From an uncultured cyanobacterium (GTDB taxonomy: Bacteria; Cyanobacteriota; Cyanobacteriia; Cyanobacteriales; CAWCAG01), in the NCBI GenBank assembly GCA_963803805.1, contig CAWDOD010000011.1, positions 192,001 to 256,000 of the forward strand: a stretch of 64,000 nucleotides of DNA, given 5' to 3'. This document shows positions 28,263 through 39,695 of the stretch, piece after piece (within the stretch, counting starts at the first letter, position 1; each line of letters opens with the position of its first letter). Position numbers and translations under genes: made by a program. The notes below the pieces were generated by a model. The model was not told the origin of the DNA, did not search any database, and saw nothing but the letters and a program-made list of their open reading frames with translations.

Positions 28263-30671
28263 ATGACCAGATTTCGCGGCGATCGCCAAGCATTTGGCCA
28301 ACCTGGTGTCGAACCTCGTTGGACTCACGGGGATAAAGATGGTATTGGTACTGCTTATTCGGTGGCTAGTAGAGTTTGGTTTACCCTTTGGAATGGGATC
28401 TTAACAGAAATTTATTACCCAACCATCGACCGTCCCCAAACTAGAGATATACAATACTTAATTAGCGATGGCAGCAACTTTCTCCACAAAGAAACTAGTT
28501 TAAACACAAAAGTAGAGCGTCTTTGGCGACACGCTTTAGGGTATCGCATTACTAACAGCGATTCTCAAGGACGCTACAAAATTATTAAAGAAGTTATCAG
28601 TAATCCTTTGCTGCCTTGTGTATTGCAACAAACCACCTTAAGTTGCGATGATGCCAATTTAAAAGAAAAATTAGATTTATATCTTTTAGCTGCCCCTCAT
28701 TTAGAAGTAGGGGGGAAAAACAATAATGCTCATATTGTGCAAATAGATGGTAAGGAAATCTTAGTAGCCCAAAAAAAGGGGACTTGGTTGGCGATCGCAG
28801 CAACAGTTCCTTTTCTGCAGCTTTCCTGTGGTTATGTGGGTAAAAGTGATGGCTGGGAAGATTTAGCCGATAATTACCAAATGGATTGGGAATTTGACCG
28901 TGCTGATGACGGTAATGTGGCTTTAACAGGAAAATTGGACTGGCAAGGGGTTCAAAATGATTCTGGTGAGGCATCTTTCACTTTAGGTATAGCTTTCGGT
29001 GACTGTCTTCATGCCGCTGCTACTAGTCTTCTACAATCTTTAGCAATTCCCTTTGCCAAACACAAAGCCCGCTACCAACAGCAATGGCAACCTCCCTGCG
29101 ACCAAATTATTTCTCTAGAAAAGGTTTCTGACGATGATGGTGGGCTTTATTATGGCAGCCTTAGTATACTAGTATCCCATGAAGATAAAACCTATCATGG
29201 TGCTTTAATCGCTTCCCTTTCTATTCCTTGGGGAGAAGCCAAAGGAGATGAAGAAAAAGGGGGATATCACCTTGTTTGGACAAGAGACATGGTTAACAGT
29301 GCTACAGCGCTTTTAGCAGCCGGAAACAAGGAAACTCCTTTACGAGCATTAATTTATTTAGCTACAAGTCAAAAGGTTGACGGTAGTTTTCCCCAAAGGT
29401 TTTGGATCAATGGCGAACCCAGTTCCTGTGGTGTTCAGCTTGATCAGATGGCCCTACCCATTATCCTTGCCCGTCGCCTTCATCAAGAAGATGCTTTAGG
29501 AAGTTTCGACCCCTATCCCTTCGTCACACGGGCAGCTAGCTTTTTGATGAAAAACGGCCCTGTAACAGAACAAGAACGTTGGGAAGAAGCTAGTGGTTAT
29601 TCCCCTTCTACCCTGGCTACTATTATCGCTGCCTTGATTTGTGCTGCTTGTTTTGCTAGGGAAAGAGGAGATGAGAAAACAGCTCATTTCATAGAGGATT
29701 ATGCAGATTTTCTCGAATGTCATCTCGAAGCTTGGACTGTTACCACAAAAGGAACCCTAGTACCAGAAATTACTAAGCACTATATTCGCATACTTCCTGC
29801 CGAACCAGATGACCCTAAACCTAGTCAAGATCCCAATGAGGCCACCTTATACATTATCAACCGCCCAGAGGATGACCAAGCTTTCCCAGCTAAAGAAGTT
29901 GTAGATACTGGTTTCCTGGAATTAGTACGCTATGGTATCCGTAAACCAGATGATCCTGTCATCGTTGATTCTCTCAAGGTTGTTGATCAAATCCTGAAAG
30001 TGGAAACTCCAGCCGGAAAGGCTTGGCATCGTTATAACCACGATGGTTACGGACAACAAGCAGATGGTAGTGCTTTCACTAACATTGGTGTGGGGCGGTT
30101 GTGGCCACTGTTAACAGGAGAAAGGGGACATTACGAACTAGCGGCCGGAAAAGATGTGAGTTCCTATATTAAAACCATAGAAGGTTTGGCCTCCGAGACT
30201 GGGTTACTACCAGAACAAGTTTGGGACAGTGAAGATATTCCGGAAGCACATATGTATTTAGGAAAGCCTACAGGTTCCGCTATGCCTTTGATGTGGGCCC
30301 ATGCAGAATATATCAAGTTGTTGCGATCTGCTTTGGATCGTCAAGTTTTTGATTTCATTCCTGAAGTTGCAGAACGTTATTGCCAGGGTAGCAGTTGCAA
30401 AAACCTAGAAATTTGGCAACCAACTCACCAAGCTACTTCTGTGCAACCGAATTATACCCTACGCATCCAAACAGCACAACCATTTAAGCTCAGATGGTCT
30501 ACCGATGAGGAAATAGAGGAAGAAAGGGCTGCTGTTTCTACTAAGTTGGGTGTTGGTTATGTTGATATTCCTGTTCCTGAAAACCAAAAGAAACCCATCC
30601 GCTTTACCTTTGTAGAAACCCAGGATGGCAATCATCAAGAAGAAAGTTATCAGGTTGAAATTAGCCATTGA
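28263..30671 (+). CDS. Glucoamylase/glucodextranase-like GH15 glycoside hydrolase
   Basis: GYHLVWTRD, QLDQ, QERWEE, RYNHDGYG, LPEQVWD and PLMWAHAEY motifs. Confidence 0.92.
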   Translation: MTRFRGDRQAFGQPGVEPRWTHGDKDGIGTAYSVASRVWFTLWNGILTEIYYPTIDRPQTRDIQYLISDGSNFLHKETSLNTKVERLWRHALGYRITNSDSQGRYKIIKEVISNPLLPCVLQQTTLSCDDANLKEKLDLYLLAAPHLEVGGKNNNAHIVQIDGKEILVAQKKGTWLAIAATVPFLQLSCGYVGKSDGWEDLADNYQMDWEFDRADDGNVALTGKLDWQGVQNDSGEASFTLGIAFGDCLHAAATSLLQSLAIPFAKHKARYQQQWQPPCDQIISLEKVSDDDGGLYYGSLSILVSHEDKTYHGALIASLSIPWGEAKGDEEKGGYHLVWTRDMVNSATALLAAGNKETPLRALIYLATSQKVDGSFPQRFWINGEPSSCGVQLDQMALPIILARRLHQEDALGSFDPYPFVTRAASFLMKNGPVTEQERWEEASGYSPSTLATIIAALICAACFARERGDEKTAHFIEDYADFLECHLEAWTVTTKGTLVPEITKHYIRILPAEPDDPKPSQDPNEATLYIINRPEDDQAFPAKEVVDTGFLELVRYGIRKPDDPVIVDSLKVVDQILKVETPAGKAWHRYNHDGYGQQADGSAFTNIGVGRLWPLLTGERGHYELAAGKDVSSYIKTIEGLASETGLLPEQVWDSEDIPEAHMYLGKPTGSAMPLMWAHAEYIKLLRSALDRQVFDFIPEVAERYCQGSSCKNLEIWQPTHQATSVQPNYTLRIQTAQPFKLRWSTDEEIEEERAAVSTKLGVGYVDIPVPENQKKPIRFTFVETQDGNHQEESYQVEISH

Positions 30672-30740
30672 GGGTTGACATCAAAGCTGCTTTTTGGAAA
30701 TTCTGGTTAATTCCAGCATGATAGGGCGATTGTGCAATCC

Positions 30741-33700
30741 CTACCAAGGATTGCCAATCATTGTAAAACTACTCCAATAGTAGGGATGACTTAAATCTAT
30801 GTTGCCATATTTGCTCAACTCTTCAGGTAGTTCTATAACTGTACCATCAGGAAAAATCAGTTTTTCATCTTCTGCGCGAACTTTTCCTTCTAACATAGCT
30901 AGTTGAGCTAAGCGTAAAGCTTCAACCTTAGCAGGTTTTTGTTTTAAATTTTTGTAGAAGGCGCTCATCAACCCTAGAGTACCTCGATCATCGACAGACC
31001 ACAAACTCCCTAAAACCGACTTAGCCCCAGATAATACCGCCAAACCAGCAAAACCTAATTCTGCCTCCCTGCTACCCAAGGCGGTTTGACAAGCGCTTAA
31101 AACTAATAATTCAACTTGAGGATCGTGCCAACCAAGGGATGGTAACTTATCTAAGGTTAATTTCTCATCCCATAAATAAATGTAGGAATTGGCAGGTTTA
31201 CCAGCCCTAAAGTTTGCATGGGTAGCTAGATGTAAAATTCCTGGCTTTTGCTGTTTGCGAGTACCTTTAAGGTTGCTTAAGGTAAACTCTTCGTTAAGAT
31301 AGGCTTTGCCATTCCACAACTTATTAGTAATGGTAGAGAGTTCGATTGGTACAGCAGGCAAGGGAACTTGGTTGCGGAATGTTTCTGCACCCATAGCTAA
31401 TATGGAAGTTTTCCTGATGTCTCTGTAGTTGGTTTCTGTGAGGGAGAAACTAGGCATGAGACTGACGCTGTATTTTTTGATGATAAAATCATTACCATCA
31501 TGGAGAGCTGCTACTGGTGCGGAGCGCAAACCTGAATCCATAATGAAAGCAATATGGTTAACCCCTTGTGCTTGCAATTGTTCTTCCACAGGAGCTAACA
31601 ATATGTCGTAGAGTTGTTGAGATGCTCCTATGTAAGCACTAGGTTGGCTCATATGGAGGATTTTACGACGTAGTTTTTCGACTATATATAAAATATTTCT
31701 ACGAGTTAAATCGGGGACTTGATGGCGAATTACTTCTCCATTGGGCGTGATCGCTACTACTTCTAAATGATCGTCAGGGTTATGATATTGGTTACTAGGT
31801 AATAACTCTTCATCCAAAGGGTTGTTTTCTGAAGTATCTAGCTCCCAAATAGCTTCTGATGTTGGGGCTTCATTTAATTTTTCATCCCTATTTTGAGGAT
31901 GAAAGAAAGCATAAATAATAGCCGTTTTAACCCCAGTAGCTTTTTCCATTTTCTCCAAGGTGGCTTGGGTTTCTTGGAGAGTGACAGTGCGGGTTGAACT
32001 TAAACCTAAGTGATCGGCAAACTCGTTACTAAAGTTAGTTTCTATATTCTTAATATCTTGTTTAGTTAGTTCTATAGTATTGGTATTTGCAGCAACGCTA
32101 TAATTGGCTGAGCTTTGTTCTACTTTTTCTTCATCTTCTGAGATTGTTGTTTCTTCTTCATCTTCTTGAGCGATAGAAGTTATTGGTACAGGACTAGTGA
32201 AACTAACTTGCCCCCCTACACCATTTCCCGATGAACTAGCATTGATTTCTCCGGTGGTAATCTGGCCAGCAGCTTTGATGGTAACATTGCCACCATTACC
32301 AGGGGAACTAGTATCAAGAGTCCCGGCTGCAGTATTGATGCTGCCGTTACTAATTAGGTTAATGGCACGACCAGGATTAATAATATCCCCAGTGGTTAAG
32401 TTTTGGCCCGCTTCTAGGGAGATGGTGGCATTATCTTCTCCTCGTAAAGTTGCTCTTGTGGTATCAATAGAGCCTAGGGGCGATCGCCAAGTTACCGGAT
32501 CAGAAAAGCTGATATCATTTGAGAGGATGATGCTACCACTACTGTTATCCCTACCAATGGTGATGGAGTTGAAACCGTTTTTCAAGGCGTTTATATCTGA
32601 GAGAAGGAGATCAAGGCTGGCGGTACTACTATCACTGGAGCCGCCGAGGATGATGTTGAGGCTGGGAGTGTAGGGTTGCAAAAGTAGGTTCCCTGTACCA
32701 GAGACGGAATTGGTAAAGTTAAGTTCATCCCCTGTTAAGCTGATATCCCCTAAAATGATGAGGTTATTACCATAATTCTGTCCGGCAATTCCTGTGGTGG
32801 TAACATTTCCTCCAACTTGAGTTGTTCCACCGCCATTGATGGTTAAGCTGGCAGCGTTGAATGAACTAGCTAAGTTAGTTGTTCCCCCACTATTAAGGAA
32901 GACATTCCCCAATGGTGCTGTGTTTCCTACTGGACTAGCAAAGGTAATGTTTCCTGTACCTGTGGTAACAGTAAGGTTGCTGTTTGTACCGTTACCATTG
33001 AGATTTTGAGCAAAAGTAACGTTACCCCCAGCAGTTCCCCCTGTGGCGAGGATTGTTAAAGCTGGATTAGCCACAATTGCATTTCCAGCAAAGTTGATTC
33101 CCCCAGCATTGTGAGCATTACTGGAAGTATCAATGTTACCTAGTAATTGCAGCCCTTGGGAAGCATCAAGATTAATGTTGCCACCGTTGCTATTAGAGGC
33201 TCGACTAGAAGTATTGAGGGAGCCGACATTAACGTTGCCATTGCTAGCACTGATGTTGATGTTACCGCCATTACTTAAGTTGCTACTGGTGTTGAGATTA
33301 CCTACTGTCACCCCTGCACCAGAAATAGCAATATCTCTACCTATTGCAGTGATGCCTTGGTTAAGATCCATAACGAAGGAGCCAACTTGGTTGTGATCAG
33401 CATCAGCAGTAAAGGTTATGTTGCCCTCATTGCCAGGAAAGTTTAAGGATAAGCCTGAATTGAGAATGATATCTCTACTTGCTTCAATAATTAAATTACC
33501 TTGCAATCCTTGTAAGGTATCCCCTGTTGTGGTGTAATTGGGTGCAAAGGCATTGTTGGAGAGGAGAGAATTATCAAGGGGGGTTGCAACCCCACCAGTG
33601 ATTTGAAAATCTTCTGGATCTAAAAGAATTGTACCAATTGTCCCATTAGGAGCATTAGTATCAATATCACCGAGAAAAAAGAGATTTTGCTTTCCGGAAA

Positions 33701-34955
33701 CCTCTACAAAGCCCCCGTTACCTCCATTGCTCCCAGCCAGGGCGTTGATACTTCCAGAGAAACTAGTAGTATCTGTAGACCAGAAGATGATTTTACCACC
33801 GTTGCCGATTCCTGCCGTACCGGAGAGGGTATTAGCTTGGAACAAGGAGTCGCTACTAACATAGATGCGTTGAGCTTTGGGCAGGTTTCCTTGCCCTCTA
33901 ACATCTCCCCCGACTAAAATCTGACCTCCACCGGCCTCCCCAGAGGCGTTAAGATGGCTATGGAAAATACCTATTTTATCTCCCAAAATAGTAATGTTTC
34001 CTGCTGTCGTACCAGAAGTATCAAGATTGCTAGAGATAATAGTTGTACCTGGATCGGTGGGTATGGTTGTACCGGAAAAAGTTAATTCGACTGTGGCACC
34101 ATTGGCAGTTAATCCTGTATTCACAGCCCCTGCCCCCGTTAATAAAGCAGGTATATCTAAAGGGGTGATTGGTAAAACTTGACCGTTATTATTTCTGGGG
34201 GGTTGAATTTCTAGGCTAAGTATTTGTCCTGATTGAGAAATTCTAATGGTGCTGCTGTTGGCAACAGAGGAGATTAAAATCTGTCCTCCTGGAGTGTTCA
34301 CCGTACCTGTATTAACTACAGTTGCTCCCAAGAGGGTTAAATCTTTTCCCTCTGCTAAGTTTAAGTTGCCAGCATTAATAATTGCCCCTGAGTTAGCAAA
34401 ATCAAAGGCGAATTGAGTAGGATCACCAGTTAAGCCTCCATAAGTATTGTTACTGAAAGCCTCAAACCACTGGCCGTTACCAAAGCCAATACCTGTGGCA
34501 GTAGTAGCGGTAAAATCCCCACCAATATTCAATTGGGAACCGGCTCCAAAAACAATACCTGCCGGATTCATTAAAAACAAATTGGCATTACTACCACTTA
34601 CTTTAATTAAGCCATTAATAATGGAAGGATCGCCCCCAACAACTCGACTTAAAATATTACTAATACTAGGATCGGCCAGAAAGTTAGCAATTTGACTAGA
34701 GCTTAAACCAAATTGTTGAAAACTGTGAAATAAGTTGCTTCCGTCGACAGAGCGAGAGCCACCAACTATCTGAAATTCATTACCAACAGGAATGACTATT
34801 GTGCCTGTCCCATCAACTGCTTCTGTGACTGGCTGTCCCCAAGTAGGGTTGCTATTAGTTAAAGCTAAACTAATTAGAATTGCTTTAGTACAAAACGCTA
34901 CTTTGAATAAATTACTACTGGCTTTTAGGGGGCATTTCATGGATAGCTCGCCCAA
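30741..34955 (-). CDS. Filamentous haemagglutinin N-terminal domain + beta-helix + C-terminal CHAT domain protein
   Basis: NLFHSFQQF, NLFLMNPAGIVFG and GGFVEVSG; CHAT motifs LHLATHA, VLSACQTA, SLWSVDD and HPYYW. Confidence 0.9.
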   Translation of the reverse strand: MGELSMKCPLKASSNLFKVAFCTKAILISLALTNSNPTWGQPVTEAVDGTGTIVIPVGNEFQIVGGSRSVDGSNLFHSFQQFGLSSSQIANFLADPSISNILSRVVGGDPSIINGLIKVSGSNANLFLMNPAGIVFGAGSQLNIGGDFTATTATGIGFGNGQWFEAFSNNTYGGLTGDPTQFAFDFANSGAIINAGNLNLAEGKDLTLLGATVVNTGTVNTPGGQILISSVANSSTIRISQSGQILSLEIQPPRNNNGQVLPITPLDIPALLTGAGAVNTGLTANGATVELTFSGTTIPTDPGTTIISSNLDTSGTTAGNITILGDKIGIFHSHLNASGEAGGGQILVGGDVRGQGNLPKAQRIYVSSDSLFQANTLSGTAGIGNGGKIIFWSTDTTSFSGSINALAGSNGGNGGFVEVSGKQNLFFLGDIDTNAPNGTIGTILLDPEDFQITGGVATPLDNSLLSNNAFAPNYTTTGDTLQGLQGNLIIEASRDIILNSGLSLNFPGNEGNITFTADADHNQVGSFVMDLNQGITAIGRDIAISGAGVTVGNLNTSSNLSNGGNINISASNGNVNVGSLNTSSRASNSNGGNINLDASQGLQLLGNIDTSSNAHNAGGINFAGNAIVANPALTILATGGTAGGNVTFAQNLNGNGTNSNLTVTTGTGNITFASPVGNTAPLGNVFLNSGGTTNLASSFNAASLTINGGGTTQVGGNVTTTGIAGQNYGNNLIILGDISLTGDELNFTNSVSGTGNLLLQPYTPSLNIILGGSSDSSTASLDLLLSDINALKNGFNSITIGRDNSSGSIILSNDISFSDPVTWRSPLGSIDTTRATLRGEDNATISLEAGQNLTTGDIINPGRAINLISNGSINTAAGTLDTSSPGNGGNVTIKAAGQITTGEINASSSGNGVGGQVSFTSPVPITSIAQEDEEETTISEDEEKVEQSSANYSVAANTNTIELTKQDIKNIETNFSNEFADHLGLSSTRTVTLQETQATLEKMEKATGVKTAIIYAFFHPQNRDEKLNEAPTSEAIWELDTSENNPLDEELLPSNQYHNPDDHLEVVAITPNGEVIRHQVPDLTRRNILYIVEKLRRKILHMSQPSAYIGASQQLYDILLAPVEEQLQAQGVNHIAFIMDSGLRSAPVAALHDGNDFIIKKYSVSLMPSFSLTETNYRDIRKTSILAMGAETFRNQVPLPAVPIELSTITNKLWNGKAYLNEEFTLSNLKGTRKQQKPGILHLATHANFRAGKPANSYIYLWDEKLTLDKLPSLGWHDPQVELLVLSACQTALGSREAELGFAGLAVLSGAKSVLGSLWSVDDRGTLGLMSAFYKNLKQKPAKVEALRLAQLAMLEGKVRAEDEKLIFPDGTVIELPEELSKYGNIDLSHPYYWSSFTMIGNPW

Positions 34956-35524
34956 TGGGTGTTTAGGGTTTATTTGGGACAGAATTACGCTAACTTAAGC
35001 TAGGCTCATTGACATATCAAAGAAGGAATATATTTTCCTAAGTAGAAAATATATAAATATATATAAGGGTAGATTCCTTTTGTTGTTAGGTAATTATTCT
35101 CATTTATTATGATGACTTAATAGTTGGCAGGATTCCAATTCTACCATCTCATATTCTACAGCCAGAAATAAATTAAACCAGAGCAATATTGCTAAAAACT
35201 CAGCTTTAAAGTTTCTTTACTTTAAGTACTTTAAACTAATTTAGTTGTAAAAATAATACGAATTTTGTGTCTGGGTATACATAAGTCATGGAGATATTAC
35301 TTATAACATCTATAGAGATGTAAATCTTTCTAGCTGTTTCCCCTTTATCCAGTACTGATAAGTAGAGTTTGGCTGTCTAATAAGAATTTTTGCTATAGAA
35401 GTTACTTTCTTAAGCTGGAATTCAGTGCTAGCATTTATTCATAGACTTAAATAAATAATAAAATATTTTACATAGATTTGAGTCAATAATTGTTGCATCA
35501 CTATTTTAGATTGTCACCTTCTTT

Positions 35525-35734
35525 ATGAACTACCTCATTTTCTATACCCTCGGCATCGGTTCGATCTTGACAGGTGTTAGGACAAATGACGAAATTCACC
35601 GTTTAGCTTTAGTCTCAACGGGTTTGATTGGCTTAAGTTGGGGATATTTTTCTAGTCCTCTACTACTTCAAGGGCTAGGTACAATTTTACTACTCGGTTT
35701 GTACAAGTTTTATACTTCCTTGAGCAGCCGTTAG
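35525..35734 (+). CDS. Small hypothetical membrane protein
   Basis: 69-aa hydrophobic ORF immediately upstream of nhaS3. Confidence 0.55.
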   Translation: MNYLIFYTLGIGSILTGVRTNDEIHRLALVSTGLIGLSWGYFSSPLLLQGLGTILLLGLYKFYTSLSSR

Positions 35735-35793
35735 TTCTTTACATCAATTGACTTGCAATTCTTTTTAGAAATTAACGAAGAGAAATTATTACC

Positions 35794-37200
35794 ATGTTTT
35801 CTTACCTAGACAGTATCGATATTTGGGGGAGGAACTTAATTTCCCCTGTGTTGGCAACAGCAGCAAACCCAGAACAAGGATCTTTTGTTCTCGCTGGGGT
35901 TCTACTCAGCTTAGTTGTAGTTTATATAGCGAGTAAATTAGGAGGAGAGTTATCTAAATCTGTTGATTTACCCCCTGTTTTGGGAGAACTAGTTGGCGGT
36001 GTTTTGGTGGGAGTTTCGGCTTTGCATTTGTTAGTTTTTCCCGAAGGAGGAGCGCAAGCCACTGATTCATTATTAATGACAATTTTACAACTTATCGGTA
36101 ACTTAAGCCCCGATGCAGCACAGGAAGTTTTTGCGACTCAAAGTGAGGTTCTTTCTGTTTTAGCAGAATTGGGGGTGATTATTCTCTTATTTGAAATCGG
36201 TTTAGAGTCGGATTTAAGGGAACTACAAAAAGTTGGCTACCAAGCGGCTGTGGTGGCTGTGGTGGGAGTGGCAGCTCCTTTTTTGGCTGGTACAGCAGGA
36301 TTAATGTTCTTTTTCGGTGTACCAGCAATTCCAGCAATCTTTGCAGGGGCAGCTTTAACTGCTACTAGTATTGGTATCACTTCTAAAGTACTTTCAGAAA
36401 TAGGACATCTAAAATCTAAAGAAGGACAAATTATTGTTGGCGCGGCGGTTATTGATGATGTGCTAGGTATTATTGTTTTAGCCGTTGTGGCAAGTTTAGC
36501 TAAAACAGGAGAAGTAGATATTAATAATGTTATCTATTTAGTTATTAGTGCTACTGCTTTTCTCCTTGGTGCTATTTTCTTGGGTAAGTTCTTTAACCAA
36601 AGTTTTGTTACCATAGCTGCAAAGTTGCAAACCAGAGGTAATTTAGTAATTCCCGCTTTTACCTTTGCTTTTTTAATGGCTTTTCTTGCTAATGCTATTC
36701 ACTTAGAAGCAATCCTGGGTGCTTTCGCCGCAGGTTTGGTTCTTGATGAAACCGATAAGCGTAAGGAGTTAGATCAGCAGGTAATTCCCATTGCGGATAT
36801 TCTCGTACCGATTTTTTTTGTGACAGTAGGTGCTAAAGCAGATTTAGGAGTTCTTAATCCTGCTGTGCCTGCAAACCGAGAAGGGCTGGTTATTGCCGCA
36901 TTTTTAATTGTGGTAGCCATTTTGGGTAAAATCATCACCGGTTGGACAGTATTTGGCAAGGAAAAACTCAATCGTTTGGCGATTGGAGTAGGCATGATTC
37001 CCCGTGGAGAAGTGGGGCTGGTGTTTGCAGGGATTGGTTCAGCAAGTGGTGTTTTGAGCAAACCCTTAGAGGCAGCGATTATTATTATGGTAATTTTAAC
37101 GACTTTCATCGCTCCACCTTTTTTGAGGTTAGCATTTGGTGATCAAGAGGTAGAGGAGGTAAAAGAATCAGCTACTAAAGCGGCTAATGTTAAAGTTTAA
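35794..37200 (+). CDS. nhaS3: Na+/H+ antiporter, CPA2 type (NhaS3-like)
   Basis: PPVLGELVGG, LFEIGLESD, ATSIGIT, AAVIDD and GMIPRGEV motifs. Confidence 0.88.
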   Translation: MFSYLDSIDIWGRNLISPVLATAANPEQGSFVLAGVLLSLVVVYIASKLGGELSKSVDLPPVLGELVGGVLVGVSALHLLVFPEGGAQATDSLLMTILQLIGNLSPDAAQEVFATQSEVLSVLAELGVIILLFEIGLESDLRELQKVGYQAAVVAVVGVAAPFLAGTAGLMFFFGVPAIPAIFAGAALTATSIGITSKVLSEIGHLKSKEGQIIVGAAVIDDVLGIIVLAVVASLAKTGEVDINNVIYLVISATAFLLGAIFLGKFFNQSFVTIAAKLQTRGNLVIPAFTFAFLMAFLANAIHLEAILGAFAAGLVLDETDKRKELDQQVIPIADILVPIFFVTVGAKADLGVLNPAVPANREGLVIAAFLIVVAILGKIITGWTVFGKEKLNRLAIGVGMIPRGEVGLVFAGIGSASGVLSKPLEAAIIIMVILTTFIAPPFLRLAFGDQEVEEVKESATKAANVKV

Positions 37201-37241
37201 GTTTAAGTTTAGGTAATACTAAAAGCAGTTAAATAATATTT

Positions 37242-37271
37242 ATGGGTGGAAAATTTTGTAATTCCACCCAT
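37242..37271. terminator. Hairpin terminator between convergent genes
   Basis: 10-bp stem ATGGGTGGAA / TTCCACCCAT followed by TTT. Confidence 0.65.
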
Positions 37272-37337
37272 TTTGCTATTTCTTCTTTTCCGAGAATCTC
37301 AACTGTATGTAGTTCTTAGCTATTACCTCTGTCCCAA

Positions 37338-39515
37338 TTAGCGATCGCTAATTCCTAATTGCTTAATTTCGGGATTATAAATAAGTAAATAATTCCAGTA
37401 ATTACCAAAAACAGACTCTACATAACCTTTGGTTTCCGGAAAAGGAATATTTTCCACAAAAACATCAGGATCTTCCTTGGCGTATTCTTGTAACCATTTA
37501 CTCACATTACCTGGTCCTGCATTATAACTTGCGATCGCAAGTAAAGAATTATTTTCATATTCTTGGTGAGTATACTTGAAAAACCAAGTACCAATGGTAA
37601 CATTATCATTAGGCTCGGTAAGAGAATAATCTTTAAGATTGATTTTTTGGGCTACCCATTCCCCTGTAGAAGGTAGAACTTGCATTAAACCTACTGCCCC
37701 CGCCGAAGAGCGAATTTCCTTTTCAAATCTTGATTCTTGGCGGATTAAGGAAGTAACCAGAAGAGGATTAAGTTGCCTTTCTTCAGACCATTTGAGAATA
37801 ACTTCTTGGTAAGGAAAAGGGAAAAGTGCTTGCCAATAATCTGGGCGTTGCCGTAGGATTTCCCATTGTTCTTTTTCTTCAGGTTCGCTGCGAAGTTTAA
37901 GACTCCAAATTTTCCCAATGGCTTGAATATATTCTTGTTTATTTAACATCAACAAACCATCAGTAAATTCTTCATTAACCGTCAGTTCTTCTTTACCCCC
38001 TACTTCACCTTGCCACAACATTTTGGCTTCATAATCTTGCCCAAGTTGATAAAGTTCTTGAAACTGTTGTGATCCGGCGGGAGGGGCAAATCTAATTTGA
38101 GGTTTAACAACTTCTGGATCTAACTGCCAAACACTATCAAAGTCTCCCACATTCATACCTAATAAAGATGCAGAACGCCAAGCGTAGTAGGAGTGGGGAT
38201 AAGTAGCCAAAATGTAGCGAAAGGTTTTTTCTGCCTCTTGGGTTTTGCCTAATTGTTGTCCCCACTTCCCAACCCAAAAAGCCGCTTTAGGAGTAACATC
38301 ACTTTGGGGATTATTGGCAATAATTTTTTCTGCCCAAGCTGAAGCCTTTTCTAACTCTCCTTTTTCTGCAAATTTTTTGGCCACTTGCCAACGATACTCT
38401 GCTGTTGTATCAGATTCAGGATATTTATCGAGGAGAAATTGACGAACTTGGGAAGCGGAAGTTTTGCTTCTCATTTTGTCCAACAAATTAGCTTTTTTCA
38501 GCAAAATATCCGAGGCGGTATCAGGAAAAGTAGCGATCGCCTGATCGTAATATTTAATAGCATCTTTGCTGTCGGATAAACTAGCTAAGTGTTTGAGTGC
38601 TAAACTAGCTTCTTCTGTATCAGGAAACTGCTTAAGAAACGCTTGATAATTAGCTTTAGCGGCTTCGGTTTTACCTGTTAAGTGCAAACCCCTGGCAATG
38701 CGATAGAGGTTTGGGGAAGTAGGGGGAGTTTTTTGATAGGCTGGTATCGCTTTGGTGTAAAGATCATTTTGCCAATAAAAATCGGCGATTCCTTGCCAAT
38801 TCTCTGAAGATAGCTGATTAGTTGTATCAGCAATTCCTTTCTCCAATTTTTCCAACAAACCAGGGCTATCGGGGGCATATTCAATCAACCACAAAACCAA
38901 TTCCAACTGGTCAGGATTTTTTTCCAAACGTTCCCTAACCATTTGACTAGTAAGGGGATGGTAAGGAAATTCCGAGATAGCCTGATCCCAATATTGGGCA
39001 TCAGTTTTGCCTAAGTCATAAAGGGCTTTAACAATAACTGGATCTTGGGGATAATCTTCTAATAACTGGTTTAAAACGTCCTTTTCTTTCTCCAACTCCC
39101 CAGTTAATTCGTAAGCAGCAGCTTGTTGCAGGGCAATTTGCGGCGCGAGAACAGGATAATTTTTTTCTAAACCATCTAACCGTTTCAGGGCTTCTTGCCC
39201 TTGTTTTTGGGCAATTAAATCAGCAGCTAATAAGTAACGGGCGCGATATTGATCTAAGGATTTTTTACTCTCAGCAATTGATTGCAACTCAGCTTCCCTT
39301 TCCTGGGCTGGTAAAGTTGCTAAAGGCAAAACTTGAGAATTGGCATCTTCCTTTTGCTTACGCTGAGATGATAACAGTTCCGGATTCTCTCTCCTTAAAA
39401 TCCCCAACCAACCCCGTTGGGTAGCTAACCAAAAAGTAGCCCCCAAACCAGAACCAAGTATCACTACCAAAGCGATCGCTAAAGGAAGATTATTATATTT
39501 TTGCTGCTTCCCCAT
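37338..39515 (-). CDS. Soluble lytic transglycosylase (SLT domain) with TPR repeats
   Basis: IRQESRF, GLMQ and SYNAG motifs; N-terminal TM anchor and TPRs. Confidence 0.92.
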   Translation of the reverse strand: MGKQQKYNNLPLAIALVVILGSGLGATFWLATQRGWLGILRRENPELLSSQRKQKEDANSQVLPLATLPAQEREAELQSIAESKKSLDQYRARYLLAADLIAQKQGQEALKRLDGLEKNYPVLAPQIALQQAAAYELTGELEKEKDVLNQLLEDYPQDPVIVKALYDLGKTDAQYWDQAISEFPYHPLTSQMVRERLEKNPDQLELVLWLIEYAPDSPGLLEKLEKGIADTTNQLSSENWQGIADFYWQNDLYTKAIPAYQKTPPTSPNLYRIARGLHLTGKTEAAKANYQAFLKQFPDTEEASLALKHLASLSDSKDAIKYYDQAIATFPDTASDILLKKANLLDKMRSKTSASQVRQFLLDKYPESDTTAEYRWQVAKKFAEKGELEKASAWAEKIIANNPQSDVTPKAAFWVGKWGQQLGKTQEAEKTFRYILATYPHSYYAWRSASLLGMNVGDFDSVWQLDPEVVKPQIRFAPPAGSQQFQELYQLGQDYEAKMLWQGEVGGKEELTVNEEFTDGLLMLNKQEYIQAIGKIWSLKLRSEPEEKEQWEILRQRPDYWQALFPFPYQEVILKWSEERQLNPLLVTSLIRQESRFEKEIRSSAGAVGLMQVLPSTGEWVAQKINLKDYSLTEPNDNVTIGTWFFKYTHQEYENNSLLAIASYNAGPGNVSKWLQEYAKEDPDVFVENIPFPETKGYVESVFGNYWNYLLIYNPEIKQLGISDR

Positions 39516-39574
39516 ATCAGTTATCAGTTATCAGTTTTCAATGATGCCTATGGCAACGGTAAGCCGAACAATGA
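39516..39574 (+). repeat. TATCAGT heptamers followed by an SDR-like double-hairpin element
   Basis: (TATCAGT)x3, then CAATGA-TGCCTATGGCAACGGTAAGCCGAA-CAATGA. Confidence 0.6.
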
Positions 39575-39695
39575 TTCAGTTAGTTATTAGTTTTCGATGA
39601 GCCATCAGTTCTTCTTCTTTACCTTTTTCCTGTTTCCCCATCTCTTTGTTATTCAACTAAAATACAAGTTATCCGTACAGAGATTAAAACAAGGA

